From: an uncultured Methanosarcinales archaeon
GTDB taxonomy: Archaea; Nanobdellota; Nanobdellia; Woesearchaeales; DATDXC01
Length of the DNA: 64,000 bases
NCBI GenBank assembly: GCA_964510025.1
Contig: CAZDZV010000001.1
Location: 63,949-127,948, forward strand
Reading direction: 5' to 3'
Shown here: positions 17,921 to 27,754 of the stretch, piece by piece
How positions within the stretch are numbered: position 1 is the first letter of the stretch
How the letters are laid out: every line of letters starts with the position of its first letter
The notes under the pieces: generated by a model
Told to the model about the DNA's origin: nothing
What the model saw: only the letters and a program-made list of their open reading frames with translations
Databases searched by the model: none
Program-made: the position numbers and the translations under genes

Positions 17921-18471
17921 CTGCAGATTTCACAGTCTTCCTTGAAGCACATGCATTCCGGCTCAAAATATTCTTTAGGGTGTTGACATGATGGGCACCT
18001 AGCTGGGGGTTCCTTCCCTGTATGGATATATCCGCATTTAGAGCATTTCCATCTTATCGGCTTATCCCTTTTATAGACAGTGTTATCCTCTAACATCGCT
18101 AGCAGCTTTTTATATCTGGCTTCATGCTCTGCCTCTACCTTTGCTATCATCCTGAACTTTTTTGCAGCTTCTGAATTCCCTTCTTCCTCTGCCTTTTCAG
18201 CAAATTGAGGATACATATCTACTGTCTCATGATGCTCTCCAGCAATAGCCTCTTGCAGATTTTTCCTTGTATCACCTATACCTTTAAGCAGCTTGAACTC
18301 GTCTTTTGCATGCTGTTTCTCATTCACCGCTGTCTCTTCAAAGATTTTCGCAATATAGTGATATCCTTCCTTTCTGGCCACCTTAGCGAAAAAGTCATAC
18401 TTGTTTCTTGCCTGACTTTCACCAGCAAACGCTTCTTTCAGATTTCTTTCAGTTTTAGAGATTTTTATCAT
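17917..18471 (-). CDS. rbr: Rubrerythrin
   Basis: Diiron ERNLKEAFAGESQARNKY...EKQHAKDEF...EAEHEARYKK. C-terminal rubredoxin-like CSKCG...CPSC. Confidence 0.8.
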   Translation of the reverse strand: MIKISKTERNLKEAFAGESQARNKYDFFAKVARKEGYHYIAKIFEETAVNEKQHAKDEFKLLKGIGDTRKNLQEAIAGEHHETVDMYPQFAEKAEEEGNSEAAKKFRMIAKVEAEHEARYKKLLAMLEDNTVYKRDKPIRWKCSKCGYIHTGKEPPARCPSCQHPKEYFEPECMCFKEDCEICS

Positions 18472-18543
18472 CCTCCAACATAAAAAAATGCTGTAGACTT
18501 TATAAAAGAAACGTTTAAATAATAACTGATATTCTGATAAGTT

Positions 18544-19110
18544 ATGTTAGACAAAAAAAATTTTTCCAAGATAAGGGAAAATCTTGAAAGATATGACAAG
18601 CAAAGAGAAGAATTAATAAAAAAAGCAAGGGATGTTCTTAGACTATCGAAAAGACTGATATATTCTCTACACAGGCAGGATGAAGGGGAAACAGCAAAAC
18701 TTCTCAAAGAGGTTAAAAGAGAAAAACAAAAATTAGACAGAATAGCCTATGGAGACAAGAAACTATTTTCAGAAGGCAGCTACAGCCATGCCATGCAAGA
18801 ATATGCCGAAGCCTTATGCTACTATGGATTTAACAAAAAAAGGAAGATACCGAATGTAGCTGAACTTAAAATGAGCCAGGAAGATTATCTCATGGGGATC
18901 TGCGATCTTACGGGGGAGCTTGCAAGGAAGGCTGTCACTGTTGCACATAAAAATAAAAAAGAAGTAGAGGAGATCAAGAATTTCATTGAAAATGTATACG
19001 GTGAGTTTATCAAGTTTAATCTAAGGAACAGTGAGTTAAGAAAGAAGTCTGATTCTATAAAATGGAACCTAAAAAAGCTTGAAGAGCTTAGCTATGATAT
19101 CAATAAGTAA
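18544..19110 (+). CDS. Translin-family protein
   Basis: SKRLIYSLHR and DYLMGICDLTGELAR resemble translin SKR.IF.LHR and YL.G.ADLTGELMR. Confidence 0.5.
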   Translation: MLDKKNFSKIRENLERYDKQREELIKKARDVLRLSKRLIYSLHRQDEGETAKLLKEVKREKQKLDRIAYGDKKLFSEGSYSHAMQEYAEALCYYGFNKKRKIPNVAELKMSQEDYLMGICDLTGELARKAVTVAHKNKKEVEEIKNFIENVYGEFIKFNLRNSELRKKSDSIKWNLKKLEELSYDINK

Positions 19111-19126
19111 TCTTTAAATAAAGCTG

Positions 19127-20344
19127 TTGTTTCTAGAAAAAAGTATGTTTAGATTTAAAATAAAGGAAGAACATGGAAAGGCCCGTTTGGGAGCCATTAT
19201 TACGAAGCATGGCAGCTTTAAAACCCCTGCCTTTATCCCGGTAGCTACTTCCGCTACTGTAAGGGGCCTTGACAACAGGGACATAAAGGAAATTACGGAT
19301 GTGGTATTAGCTAATACTTATCATCTGCATCTAAGACCTGGAGACGATATTATCAAAAAGCAGGGAGGGTTACACAAGTTTATGGGCTGGGACAAGCCTA
19401 TTGTCACAGACTCAGGTGGATTCCAGGCATTCAGCCTAGGTCTAGCTGTTGAACATAGGGTTGGCAAAATGGCTGATAATTATCTTGATTTTAGCAACAA
19501 AAAACACCAGATAAGATTGGAGCAAGAAAAGAAATTCGCAAAAGTTGACGATAATGGGGTGGTATTCAAGGATCCTATAGATGGAAGCAGACATAAGCTG
19601 ACAGCTGAAAGCTCCATGAAGATTCAATCCAACCTGGGAGCAGATATTATCTTTGCTTTTGATGAGTGCACATCTCCATTATCCGATAAGGAGTATACGA
19701 CCAAGGCCTTAAAAAGAACGCACAGGTGGGCGCTGAAATGCCTGGAATGCTATGATAAGAGGCAGGCCTTGTTCGGCATTGTGCAGGGAGGGATGTACAA
19801 GGACTTACGTGTCAAAGCCGCAGAATTTATAGGTAAGCTTGATTTTGATGGCTTTGGGATAGGTGGTTCTCTTGGTAAGTCTAAGACAGATATGCACCAA
19901 ATACTTGAATGGTCGCTGCCCATTTTACCTGAGCAAAAACCCAGGCATCTTCTTGGCATAGGGGGTGTCGAAGACCTGTTTAATTCTGTAGAAAGAGGTA
20001 TAGATATGTTTGACTGTGTGGCTCCAACAAGATGGGCAAGGCGCGGGCATGTCTATATCTCTCCTGAATCAGGGGGCAAGCCGAAAAACAAATTCAGGTT
20101 CAACATAGAAAATAAGAGGTATGAAAATGACAGCAGGCCAATAGACAAGAATTGCAGCTGCTATGCCTGCCAGAACCATTCAAGGGCGTATTTAAGGCAC
20201 CTGTTCAAAGCAAGCGAGCTGACATATTTCAGGTTGGCTTCTGTGCATAACCTTAGCTTTATCCTAAATCTTATGAAAGATATCCGCCAGTCTATCGAAG
20301 AAAAAAGATTTCAAAAGCTAAAGAAAAAGTGGCTAATCTGTTAG
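19127..20344 (+). CDS. tgt: tRNA-guanine transglycosylase (catalytic core only, no PUA domain)
   Basis: HGSFKTPAFIPVATSATV, FMGWDKPIVTDSGGFQAFSLG and GIGGS motifs. Zn site CSCYACQNHSRAYLRHL. 405 aa. Confidence 0.8.
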   Translation: MFLEKSMFRFKIKEEHGKARLGAIITKHGSFKTPAFIPVATSATVRGLDNRDIKEITDVVLANTYHLHLRPGDDIIKKQGGLHKFMGWDKPIVTDSGGFQAFSLGLAVEHRVGKMADNYLDFSNKKHQIRLEQEKKFAKVDDNGVVFKDPIDGSRHKLTAESSMKIQSNLGADIIFAFDECTSPLSDKEYTTKALKRTHRWALKCLECYDKRQALFGIVQGGMYKDLRVKAAEFIGKLDFDGFGIGGSLGKSKTDMHQILEWSLPILPEQKPRHLLGIGGVEDLFNSVERGIDMFDCVAPTRWARRGHVYISPESGGKPKNKFRFNIENKRYENDSRPIDKNCSCYACQNHSRAYLRHLFKASELTYFRLASVHNLSFILNLMKDIRQSIEEKRFQKLKKKWLIC

Positions 20345-20956
20345 GAAATACTCACATAGCGTCCTCAGGGGAAGATAATAAAGCATGCTGTGCCTTTGGT
20401 TTAATTTTGGAAATTCCGTGACAGGTATATCTTTGTCAAGGAAATTGCATAATTTTTTCCATCCTTCGCCCTGGCATATATTCAGCACCAGCAGGTCTTC
20501 TTTTCTATCCTTGAAATATGAACTAACATCCCTTATATGCGCCTCATAGGCTTTTCTGAATATCTTCCTATCAAACCCAGCTGATTTGTAAAGATCAAGA
20601 TCTACCTTTCTCCCTTTCTTAAAGACTTTCATAAAAGCAGCCCACTTAAGAAGCTTAAGGTTTTCACACATTTTACCTATAGAACCTAACCAGCTGTCTA
20701 TGTCCCGGACAGTCAGGATAAACTTTGAGTTAGGAAAACTCTTGTCCAGCTTCTTATAAAACCTTGTTATTGGTGTGTCGGTCAGTGCATCGAATTTTGC
20801 AACTCTTTTGAGGTCAATCCAGAGCTTGCCGTCTCTCATCCGAATCATGCGTATAGGATAATGGATAGACTTATAGCCGAGCACTTTCAGAGCTTCTGTC
20901 AGACTTACTGTAGCTGTCCTTGACAAACCAATGCCGAATACCTTGCTGGTAGCCAT
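20333..20956 (-). CDS. Putative sulfotransferase (Sulfotransfer_4-like P-loop)
   Basis: N-terminal KVFGIGLSRTATVSL resembles the PAPS-binding GxGLxRTGTxSL motif. 207 aa. Confidence 0.4.
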   Translation of the reverse strand: MATSKVFGIGLSRTATVSLTEALKVLGYKSIHYPIRMIRMRDGKLWIDLKRVAKFDALTDTPITRFYKKLDKSFPNSKFILTVRDIDSWLGSIGKMCENLKLLKWAAFMKVFKKGRKVDLDLYKSAGFDRKIFRKAYEAHIRDVSSYFKDRKEDLLVLNICQGEGWKKLCNFLDKDIPVTEFPKLNQRHSMLYYLPLRTLCEYFLTD

Positions 20957-20999
20957 GGAATTCTCAAAAATGTATTTTGTATTAAAATCTTTCGTTTAG

Positions 21000-21713
21000 C
21001 TAAGTGGATTTTTTAAGGTGCTTTTTATATATGTGTCTGCTCCAATATACAAACGGAGTGTCAAAGAGGGCTACGAGTAATTTCATGACATAGGATACAA
21101 GAAAAATCTGCAAGACAATGTTCCATTCAAAGAGCTGATTCCATCCAAAAAGCCCAAAAAAGCCGATAAAAGCAATCCATGTGAAGATTATATTATCAAG
21201 CAACTGTGATGTCATTGTTGAAATGTTATTTCTGAGCCACAGGTATCTGCCTTTAAAGACCTTTTTCCAGAAATCAAATGCCCATATATCGTGATTCTGG
21301 GAGACCAGGTATGCAGCCAAACTTGCGAAAGCAATCCTAGGCAAAAAACCAAATATCCGTTCCAATGCGGGACTTAGCGTATCTGTTTCATGGGGTATGA
21401 AGCCAAGGCAGATCTGCATTACAATCGCTACTGTAATGAGGATAAAAAAACCTAGCCATACTGCCTTCTTAGCCTGCTTTTCCCCGTAATTCTCATTCAA
21501 TATGTCAGTAACCAGAAAGGTGGTGCCATACACGATGTTTCCCAAAGCAGTAACCCAGAAAAAAATCTGTACAGTTTTCATAACCTGGATATTTGCGACG
21601 ATTATTGCCATAGTCATCCAGCTGTATAATCCAAGCTTGCCAAAAAACCTATAAGCCAGAATTATACCTAAGAAACTGACCAGCATCAGCAGCATCCATA
21701 GCAGCTCATTCAT
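21000..21713 (-). CDS. VUT/YhhQ-family membrane transporter (paralog of the 10873-11577 gene)
   Basis: FLVTDILNENYGEKQAKK plus an equivalent TM layout. The C-terminal DTPFVY motif is shared with the paralog. Confidence 0.6.
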   Translation of the reverse strand: MNELLWMLLMLVSFLGIILAYRFFGKLGLYSWMTMAIIVANIQVMKTVQIFFWVTALGNIVYGTTFLVTDILNENYGEKQAKKAVWLGFFILITVAIVMQICLGFIPHETDTLSPALERIFGFLPRIAFASLAAYLVSQNHDIWAFDFWKKVFKGRYLWLRNNISTMTSQLLDNIIFTWIAFIGFFGLFGWNQLFEWNIVLQIFLVSYVMKLLVALFDTPFVYWSRHIYKKHLKKST

Positions 21714-21799
21714 CAGGTCATGTAAATCGAGCTGCTATTAAAGTTTATCGGAAAGCTTAACAATAAACTTTATAAATGCTTTTGCAAATCTCTTCATTA

Positions 21800-23545
21800 A
21801 TGAAACGGACTCATAACTGCGGCCAGTTGTCTAGAAAAGATACTGGCAAACAGGTGGCCCTGAGCGGATGGATGCATTCAAGAAGGGATCATGGAGGAAT
21901 TATCTTTGTGGACCTGAGAGACAGGTATGGGCTTACCCAGGTCGTCTTTGATCCCAAACACAATAAACAAGTGCATGCCGAAGCAGAGCATCTTAGGCGG
22001 GAAGATGTCATCATCGTAGAAGGAAAAGTCAGACCCAGAGGCAAAGGACTGGAGAATCCTAAGCTAAAAACAGGTGAGATTGAAGTCCTGGTGGATAAGT
22101 TAACTGTAGTAACGAGAGCTGAAACGCCGCCCATCGAGATAGATGATAAGAAGATTGCCAATGAAGACGTCAGGCTAAGATATAGGTATCTTGATCTAAG
22201 AAGACCTCAGATGCAGAAGCATTTGAGAATAAGGCATGAAGCTGCGCAGGCTGCCAGGGAATTCTTCAACAAAAATGGTTTTTTAGAGATAGAGACCCCT
22301 ATTCTTGTGAGGGCAACCCCAGAAGGGGCCAGGGACTATGTGGTTCCATCAAGAGTTAGTCCTGGAAAATTTTATGCTCTTCCACAAAGCCCTCAGCTAT
22401 ACAAGCAGATATTGATGATTTCAGGTGTTGACAGGTATTATCAGATCGCAAGATGCCTAAGGGATGAAGATCTGAGAGCTGACAGACAGCCAGAGCATAC
22501 CCAGATAGACCTAGAAATGAGCTTTGTTGATGAGAAGGATATAATGGAAACTGTTGAAAGTATGTACAAACATATCTTCAAAAAAGTATTGAAAATAGAA
22601 CTAAGAGAAAAATTTCCGATTTTTAGCTATAAGGAAGTGATGGATCGTTACGGGACAGATAAACCTGATATAAGATTTGGGCTTGAGTTAAAGGATGTTA
22701 GCTCTGTTGTTGCCAGATCAGATTTCACTGTTTTTAAGGATGCAATAAAGAAAGGAGGGGTAGTCAAGTGCATAAATCCTGAAAAGGAAATCTCCCGAAA
22801 AGAGATAGACAGCCTTATTGAACTAGCGCAGCAGTGCGGAGCAAAAGGCATGGCATGGATGCGGGTTACAGAAAAAGGGCTAGAGAGCAATATTGCAAAA
22901 TATTTCAATGAAGAAATACAGAAAGATCTGATTAAGCTAACAGAGGCTAAACCGGGCTCTGTCTTGATGTTTGTTGCAGATAAGGAGAAAACCTCTAATG
23001 AGGTCCTCTCTGCCTTAAGAAAAGAGCTTGGTAAAAGACTTGGTTTAATCGACGAAAAAGAGTTTCGGTTCTGCTGGATAGTAGATTATCCTTTGTTTGA
23101 GAGGGATGAGGATAGTTGGACACCTGCCCACCATATGTTTTCGATGCCCAAGGAAGAATGCTTAGGATACCTAGAGAAGGAGCCCGGCAAGGTGACAGCC
23201 AACCTATTCGATATTGTCCTGAACGGCAGTGAACTAGGCTCAGGCAGCATGAGAATTCATGACCCAGAGGTACAGGAGAAGGTTATGAAGGTCATTGGAT
23301 TATCACATGAAGAAGCGCAGAAGAAATTTGGTTTTTTGCTGGAAGCATATAGATACGGAGCACCTATGCATGGTGGTATGGGGCTGGGATTCGATAGATT
23401 GGTAGCTATAATGCTTGGTTATGATGATATCAGAGAAGTAATTGCCTTTCCAAAAAACAAGAATGCTGAATGCCCTATGGATGGCTCGCCTTCTCAAATT
23501 GACCCAGAACAGCTCAAAGATCTGCATATAAAGACAACTAAGTAG
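21800..23545 (+). CDS. aspS: Aspartyl-tRNA synthetase, bacterial-type length (with GAD-like insertion)
   Basis: MKRTHNCGQL start resembling bacterial MRTHYCG. Class II motifs. About 580 aa, compared with about 430 aa for typical archaeal AspRS. Confidence 0.85.
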   Translation: MKRTHNCGQLSRKDTGKQVALSGWMHSRRDHGGIIFVDLRDRYGLTQVVFDPKHNKQVHAEAEHLRREDVIIVEGKVRPRGKGLENPKLKTGEIEVLVDKLTVVTRAETPPIEIDDKKIANEDVRLRYRYLDLRRPQMQKHLRIRHEAAQAAREFFNKNGFLEIETPILVRATPEGARDYVVPSRVSPGKFYALPQSPQLYKQILMISGVDRYYQIARCLRDEDLRADRQPEHTQIDLEMSFVDEKDIMETVESMYKHIFKKVLKIELREKFPIFSYKEVMDRYGTDKPDIRFGLELKDVSSVVARSDFTVFKDAIKKGGVVKCINPEKEISRKEIDSLIELAQQCGAKGMAWMRVTEKGLESNIAKYFNEEIQKDLIKLTEAKPGSVLMFVADKEKTSNEVLSALRKELGKRLGLIDEKEFRFCWIVDYPLFERDEDSWTPAHHMFSMPKEECLGYLEKEPGKVTANLFDIVLNGSELGSGSMRIHDPEVQEKVMKVIGLSHEEAQKKFGFLLEAYRYGAPMHGGMGLGFDRLVAIMLGYDDIREVIAFPKNKNAECPMDGSPSQIDPEQLKDLHIKTTK

Positions 23546-24419
23546 TATATTGGGAAATCCTTTTATTCACGCTTTCAAGCCTATCATAGTTTTGCTGAAG
23601 CTTGCTAATCTGAATCTTAGCACCATCACTTCCATGGTGCCCAAGCCTTTCTATTTGCTTTGCTACCATGCCCAGCCTTGCTGTGATTTTGGCCTGCAAA
23701 GGACCAAGTGCAGATATGCAGCGCTCCTGAAGTGAAGGATCTTCTTCATAAGCATCCATCATCTTCTCCAGAGCTGCTGCAGCTGGCTCATCCTGTGAAT
23801 GGCTCAGCCATGAATCTGCAGCTTTATAGTATGGTGCAAATTCATCACCGTACATATATCTAAACAGTAAAGGTAATTTTTCATGAGGAGTTTCGCCAGT
23901 AGCATCCAGAACCATGGTCTTGAGAACTCTCATATCAGAAGCATAAGTTGGCATCACTCGTTGTTCCAAAAAGGCTGTGGTTTTATCAAAAAGCCTCTGC
24001 AGCCTGTCATAAGTATCAGGAATTGAGGATTGTGCGTTCTCGCTGTAGGCCAGTAATTCAGTAAGCAATTCAGATCCAGATGTTTGCAGATGGTTTCTTC
24101 TTAGGTGCTCCTGTAACACAGGCTGGTGCTCTTTAACCTGATGGACCATCTCTCTGAGGTCTCGTGTTTCGTGCCTCAGAACAGCCACTGCCTGGTAAAA
24201 TATATCCCTCTGGGCTTCTGGATATTGGTGTTCATCTGAATGCAAAGGTTCTGATGCTTTTTCAAGCTTTTTCAGGAGCGCTGTAAGCCCCCGAATCTCT
24301 GCAGCAGTTGCAGGTTGATCTGTCTGTCTTTTCCCATATAGTTGCTGAAAAGTATTGTTTGCACTATAGAAGGCTCGGGCAATCTCCCATATTGTTGAAG
24401 TATGCATATCTAAATTCAT
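23538..24419 (-). CDS. Hypothetical alpha-helical protein (orphan, higher GC)
   Basis: 293 aa with no recognisable motif. It is Q/H/E-rich with few Lys, unlike its neighbours. It is followed by a roughly 380-bp region that is more than 80% AT. Confidence 0.4.
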   Translation of the reverse strand: MNLDMHTSTIWEIARAFYSANNTFQQLYGKRQTDQPATAAEIRGLTALLKKLEKASEPLHSDEHQYPEAQRDIFYQAVAVLRHETRDLREMVHQVKEHQPVLQEHLRRNHLQTSGSELLTELLAYSENAQSSIPDTYDRLQRLFDKTTAFLEQRVMPTYASDMRVLKTMVLDATGETPHEKLPLLFRYMYGDEFAPYYKAADSWLSHSQDEPAAAALEKMMDAYEEDPSLQERCISALGPLQAKITARLGMVAKQIERLGHHGSDGAKIQISKLQQNYDRLESVNKRISQYTT

Positions 24420-24803
24420 TTTGTTACATTAATCACTTATTTTCTTTATTCTATTATTTTTTATAACTTGATAGGTTGTTTTATTGCTGGAAATATATCA
24501 GAAAAATGTTATAAATATAACATTTATTATATTATTATATAAATTATAATGTTTATATAAATCTTTCGATTTGTTGGGAGAAATCAGTTCACTGGACAAG
24601 CCTGATTAGTTAAAATTATTGCTTATAACGCCCTAAAAACCATATATTGATATAGCACTAGCCACATGACATCTATGCGTAAGATATTTAAAAAGAGAGC
24701 TACTATAACTACTCCAGGTTGTTTTGAACAGCCTACCTCACTTCCTGGGGCTTTATTGCCCATAATATAAGGGAAGAATGAAATAAGACGCGAAAAGCAA
24801 GAG

Positions 24804-25112
24804 GTGGAATATATGAAAGAAGAAAATACTGGCAATAAGCCAGAAAAGAAATTCAGTACTGGAGCAATAACAGCTACAGTCTGGAAAAATTCCGGCACTA
24901 GCAAAAGAACCGGAGAACCTGTAGAGTTTCGAACAATAACTCTGCAGAGAAGGTATACAGACAAAGAGGGTAAGTGGCAGACATCTAATTCTATGAGAAT
25001 TAATGACTTGCCAAAGGCTTCTTTGGTTCTGCAGAAAGCCTATGAATACCTTGTCCTAAAAGGACAAGGCTCAGATTCTTCAGATGTAGATGTTGAAGAT
25101 ATAATTATGTAG
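24804..25112 (+). CDS. Small hypothetical protein with acidic C-terminal tail
   Basis: 102 aa ending DSSDVDVEDIIM. Possibly an OB-like nucleic-acid-binding protein. Preferred over the hydrophobic antisense ORF. Confidence 0.35.
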   Translation: MEYMKEENTGNKPEKKFSTGAITATVWKNSGTSKRTGEPVEFRTITLQRRYTDKEGKWQTSNSMRINDLPKASLVLQKAYEYLVLKGQGSDSSDVDVEDIIM

Positions 25113-25152
25113 GGTGTTGAAACTGACAAAAAAGCAAAAAGGTGATGATAAT

Positions 25153-26130
25153 ATGAAACAAGAACTTGAGAAACCAATTGAGGTTGAGGAAACTAATGAA
25201 GAAAAGGGTGTTACAGACCTTCCGGGAGTTGGAGCTGCCACAGCAGAAAAGCTCAAGACATCAGGGTATGGCGATCTTATGGCAATAGCTGTTGCCACGC
25301 CTGGCGAGCTTATAGAAAGCTCAGGTGTCAGTGAATCAGCTGCAAAGAAGATTATCGCTGCCGCCAGAAGTTCATTGAACATGGGATTTGAGTCAGGAGA
25401 AGATTTTCTTAAGAGAAGACAAAAGATAAACAAGATTAGCACAGGTTCAAAGAACTTTGACAAGCTTCTTGGTGGAGGATTTGAGACCGGTGCAATCACA
25501 GAGATATACAGCGCATATGGAGGCGGAAAAACACAGATAGCACATATACTTGCTGTTAACGCGCAGAAGGACATGGATGACTCAGTGGTTGTCTTTATCG
25601 ACACAGAATCAACATTCAGGCCTGAAAGGATAATGCAGATTGCGCAGGGAGCTGGACTGGATCCCAACAAGGTCCTAAGAAATATAAAAGTAGCAAGGGC
25701 ATATAACTCTGACCACCAGATGCTATTGGCTGAAAAGGCAGAAGATCTCATAAAAAAACAGGGGTTAAAGGTCAAGCTGATAGTTGTAGACTCTTTAACA
25801 GCACACTTCAGAGCAGAATTTGTGGGCAGAGGAACATTGGCGGACAGGCAGCAGAAACTGAACAAGCATATGCATGTACTTGCAAAACTTGCAGATATGT
25901 TCAATTTGTGCGTATATGTAACAAACCAAGTCATGGCCAAGCCAGATATGTTCTTTGGTGATCCTACAGAAGCTATCGGCGGCCATATTGTAGCCCATAA
26001 CTCACAAACAAGGATATACATAAGAAAAGGCAAGAAAGGCAGCAGAGTTGCGAAGCTTGTTGACTCACCTTCGCTCCCAGATGGGGAAGTAAATTTCTAC
26101 ATGACTGAAAAGGGACTTAAGGACGTCTAA
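25153..26130 (+). CDS. radA: DNA repair and recombination protein RadA
   Basis: N-terminal HhH ([12 protein letters not shown]), Walker [10 protein letters not shown], RecA core. SD-like aaaggtga upstream of the ATG at 25153. Confidence 0.9.
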   Translation: MKQELEKPIEVEETNEEKGVTDLPGVGAATAEKLKTSGYGDLMAIAVATPGELIESSGVSESAAKKIIAAARSSLNMGFESGEDFLKRRQKINKISTGSKNFDKLLGGGFETGAITEIYSAYGGGKTQIAHILAVNAQKDMDDSVVVFIDTESTFRPERIMQIAQGAGLDPNKVLRNIKVARAYNSDHQMLLAEKAEDLIKKQGLKVKLIVVDSLTAHFRAEFVGRGTLADRQQKLNKHMHVLAKLADMFNLCVYVTNQVMAKPDMFFGDPTEAIGGHIVAHNSQTRIYIRKGKKGSRVAKLVDSPSLPDGEVNFYMTEKGLKDV

Positions 26131-26200
26131 TTCTTTTTTTATTTTTTTAAAATACAAATTATTTTATACATTACGGGGTATCCTCCTTGTAGGTGATATC

Positions 26201-26617
26201 ATGTCTACGTATACAAAACATCTCTGGTTCAATACACAGGAAAGAATAGAATTCATAAATATCACAGACAGGGTGCAGGATGCGATTAATGAGTCCGGAA
26301 TAAAGGAAGGCATAGTGCTGGTCAATGCGATGCATATTACGGCTTCAGTCTACATAAATGATGCTGAATCCGGCCTGATAAATGATTTCAAACGATGGCT
26401 CCAGAAGCTTGCTCCTACTGATGTTCACCTATACAGACACAATGAGACAGGAGAAGACAATGCCTATGCCCATCTTTGGAGAACCATAATGGGAAGAGAA
26501 GCTGTGTGCGCTATCACTGAAGGTAAACTTGATTTTGGCCCTTGGGAGCAGATATATTATGCTGAGTTTGATGGCAGAAGAAAAAAAAGATTAATGGTAA
26601 AAATCGTAGGAGAATAA
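26201..26617 (+). CDS. YjbQ/UPF0047 family protein
   Basis: Layout typical of the secondary thiamine-phosphate synthase family ([21 protein letters not shown]), 138 aa. Confidence 0.65.
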   Translation: MSTYTKHLWFNTQERIEFINITDRVQDAINESGIKEGIVLVNAMHITASVYINDAESGLINDFKRWLQKLAPTDVHLYRHNETGEDNAYAHLWRTIMGREAVCAITEGKLDFGPWEQIYYAEFDGRRKKRLMVKIVGE

Positions 26618-26657
26618 AGAGATAGATTTATAAAATAAGGTCAATTTTTAATGCTTA

Positions 26658-27044
26658 TTGCACGCAAGTGCAAGATCAAAAATATTAGATAAGGTGAAAA
26701 AAAATATGAGAAGAGAAGGTTTTAGAGAACCGCCAGTTCAAGTTGGCGAAGAGTTAGATGTGAAGATAGAGGCTGTCGGTGCAAAAGGAGATGGCATAGC
26801 AAAGAGGAACGGATTTGTCCTTTTTGTACCTGGAGTTAAGGAAGGAGACGAAGTAAGGATAAAAGTTACCAAGGTTCTGCGAAAGGCAGGATTCGCCGAG
26901 GTAGTAGGTTCAAGTGAAAAGCAGGAGGAAGAACCAGAACAGGAAGAACAATCTGAGGAGCCAGCTGAGGAAGAAGCCGAACCTGAAGAAAGCTCTGAGG
27001 ATAATGAAGACTTTGGCAGTGAACTTGTAGACAAGGAAAAATAG
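26658..27044 (+). CDS. TRAM-domain protein with acidic tail
   Basis: VGEELDVKIEAVGAKGDGIAKRNGFVLFVPGVKEGDEVRIKVTKV is a TRAM OB-fold, followed by an E-rich tail. Confidence 0.65.
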   Translation: MHASARSKILDKVKKNMRREGFREPPVQVGEELDVKIEAVGAKGDGIAKRNGFVLFVPGVKEGDEVRIKVTKVLRKAGFAEVVGSSEKQEEEPEQEEQSEEPAEEEAEPEESSEDNEDFGSELVDKEK

Positions 27045-27108
27045 ATTTCTGATTTTTTGTTTTATTTTTTTGGTATATCTTTATATATAGATAATCTGTT
27101 CTTTTTTT

Positions 27109-27645
27109 ATGAGACTTTTTATTGGGATTGACTTTCACAAGGAAGCCTATTATCTCAAAGGACTGCAGAATATAATAAACATGTGTTCGGCCACGCTAAA
27201 GCTTACAGGTTCGTTTCATCTTACCCTAAAGTTTTTAGGAGAGGTCCCTGAAAAAAGCATCCCCCTGATTAAGGAACAGCTTGAATCTGTCAATTTCAGC
27301 AGTTTTTACGTAAATTTGGATGGAATCGGGTTCTTTCCGAACCAAAACTGCGCCAGGGTTCTTTGGGTAGGGATCAAGCCACAAGAAAAGATTGTTGAGC
27401 TGCAACAGAAGATAGAAAGTTCTTTAGAAAAATTCAATTTTAAAAGAGATTACAAATTCCATCCACACATTACTATAGCTAGGATTAAGACTATAATCAA
27501 CCAGGATAGATTGCTGGAAAGCATACAAAGGGCTGATATCAAGAAGGTCACGAAAAAAATCAGCTCTTTTCGGCTGGTACAAAGCGAATTAACCCAAAAA
27601 GGCCCTATTTATAAGGATCTGGCTGTCTTTGGTTCTAAAGAATAG
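27109..27645 (+). CDS. ligT: RNA 2',3'-cyclic phosphodiesterase / 2'-5' RNA ligase (LigT, 2H family)
   Basis: Two HxT/S motifs, HLTLKFLG and HPHITIAR. Confidence 0.75.
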   Translation: MRLFIGIDFHKEAYYLKGLQNIINMCSATLKLTGSFHLTLKFLGEVPEKSIPLIKEQLESVNFSSFYVNLDGIGFFPNQNCARVLWVGIKPQEKIVELQQKIESSLEKFNFKRDYKFHPHITIARIKTIINQDRLLESIQRADIKKVTKKISSFRLVQSELTQKGPIYKDLAVFGSKE

Positions 27646-27754
27646 TAATATTTTTAAACTGGAATGCAGTCCCATATTACACTACCGACGCTTTAACCTG
27701 GCTACAGGTTAATGAGATGGCTGCTTGAGGTTATAAAAAAAGCAGGAGAGTAAA

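Noticed and set aside
24420-24800. Extremely AT-rich spacer examined for CRISPR repeats or ncRNA
   Set aside because: It has no direct repeats of regular spacing and no convincing stem-loops, so it looks like promoter or spacer DNA only.
25080-26033. 317-aa ORF on the minus strand overlapping radA
   Set aside because: It is antisense to a strongly supported radA (Walker A, HhH). Its composition is low-complexity S/A/C-rich, typical of a shadow ORF.
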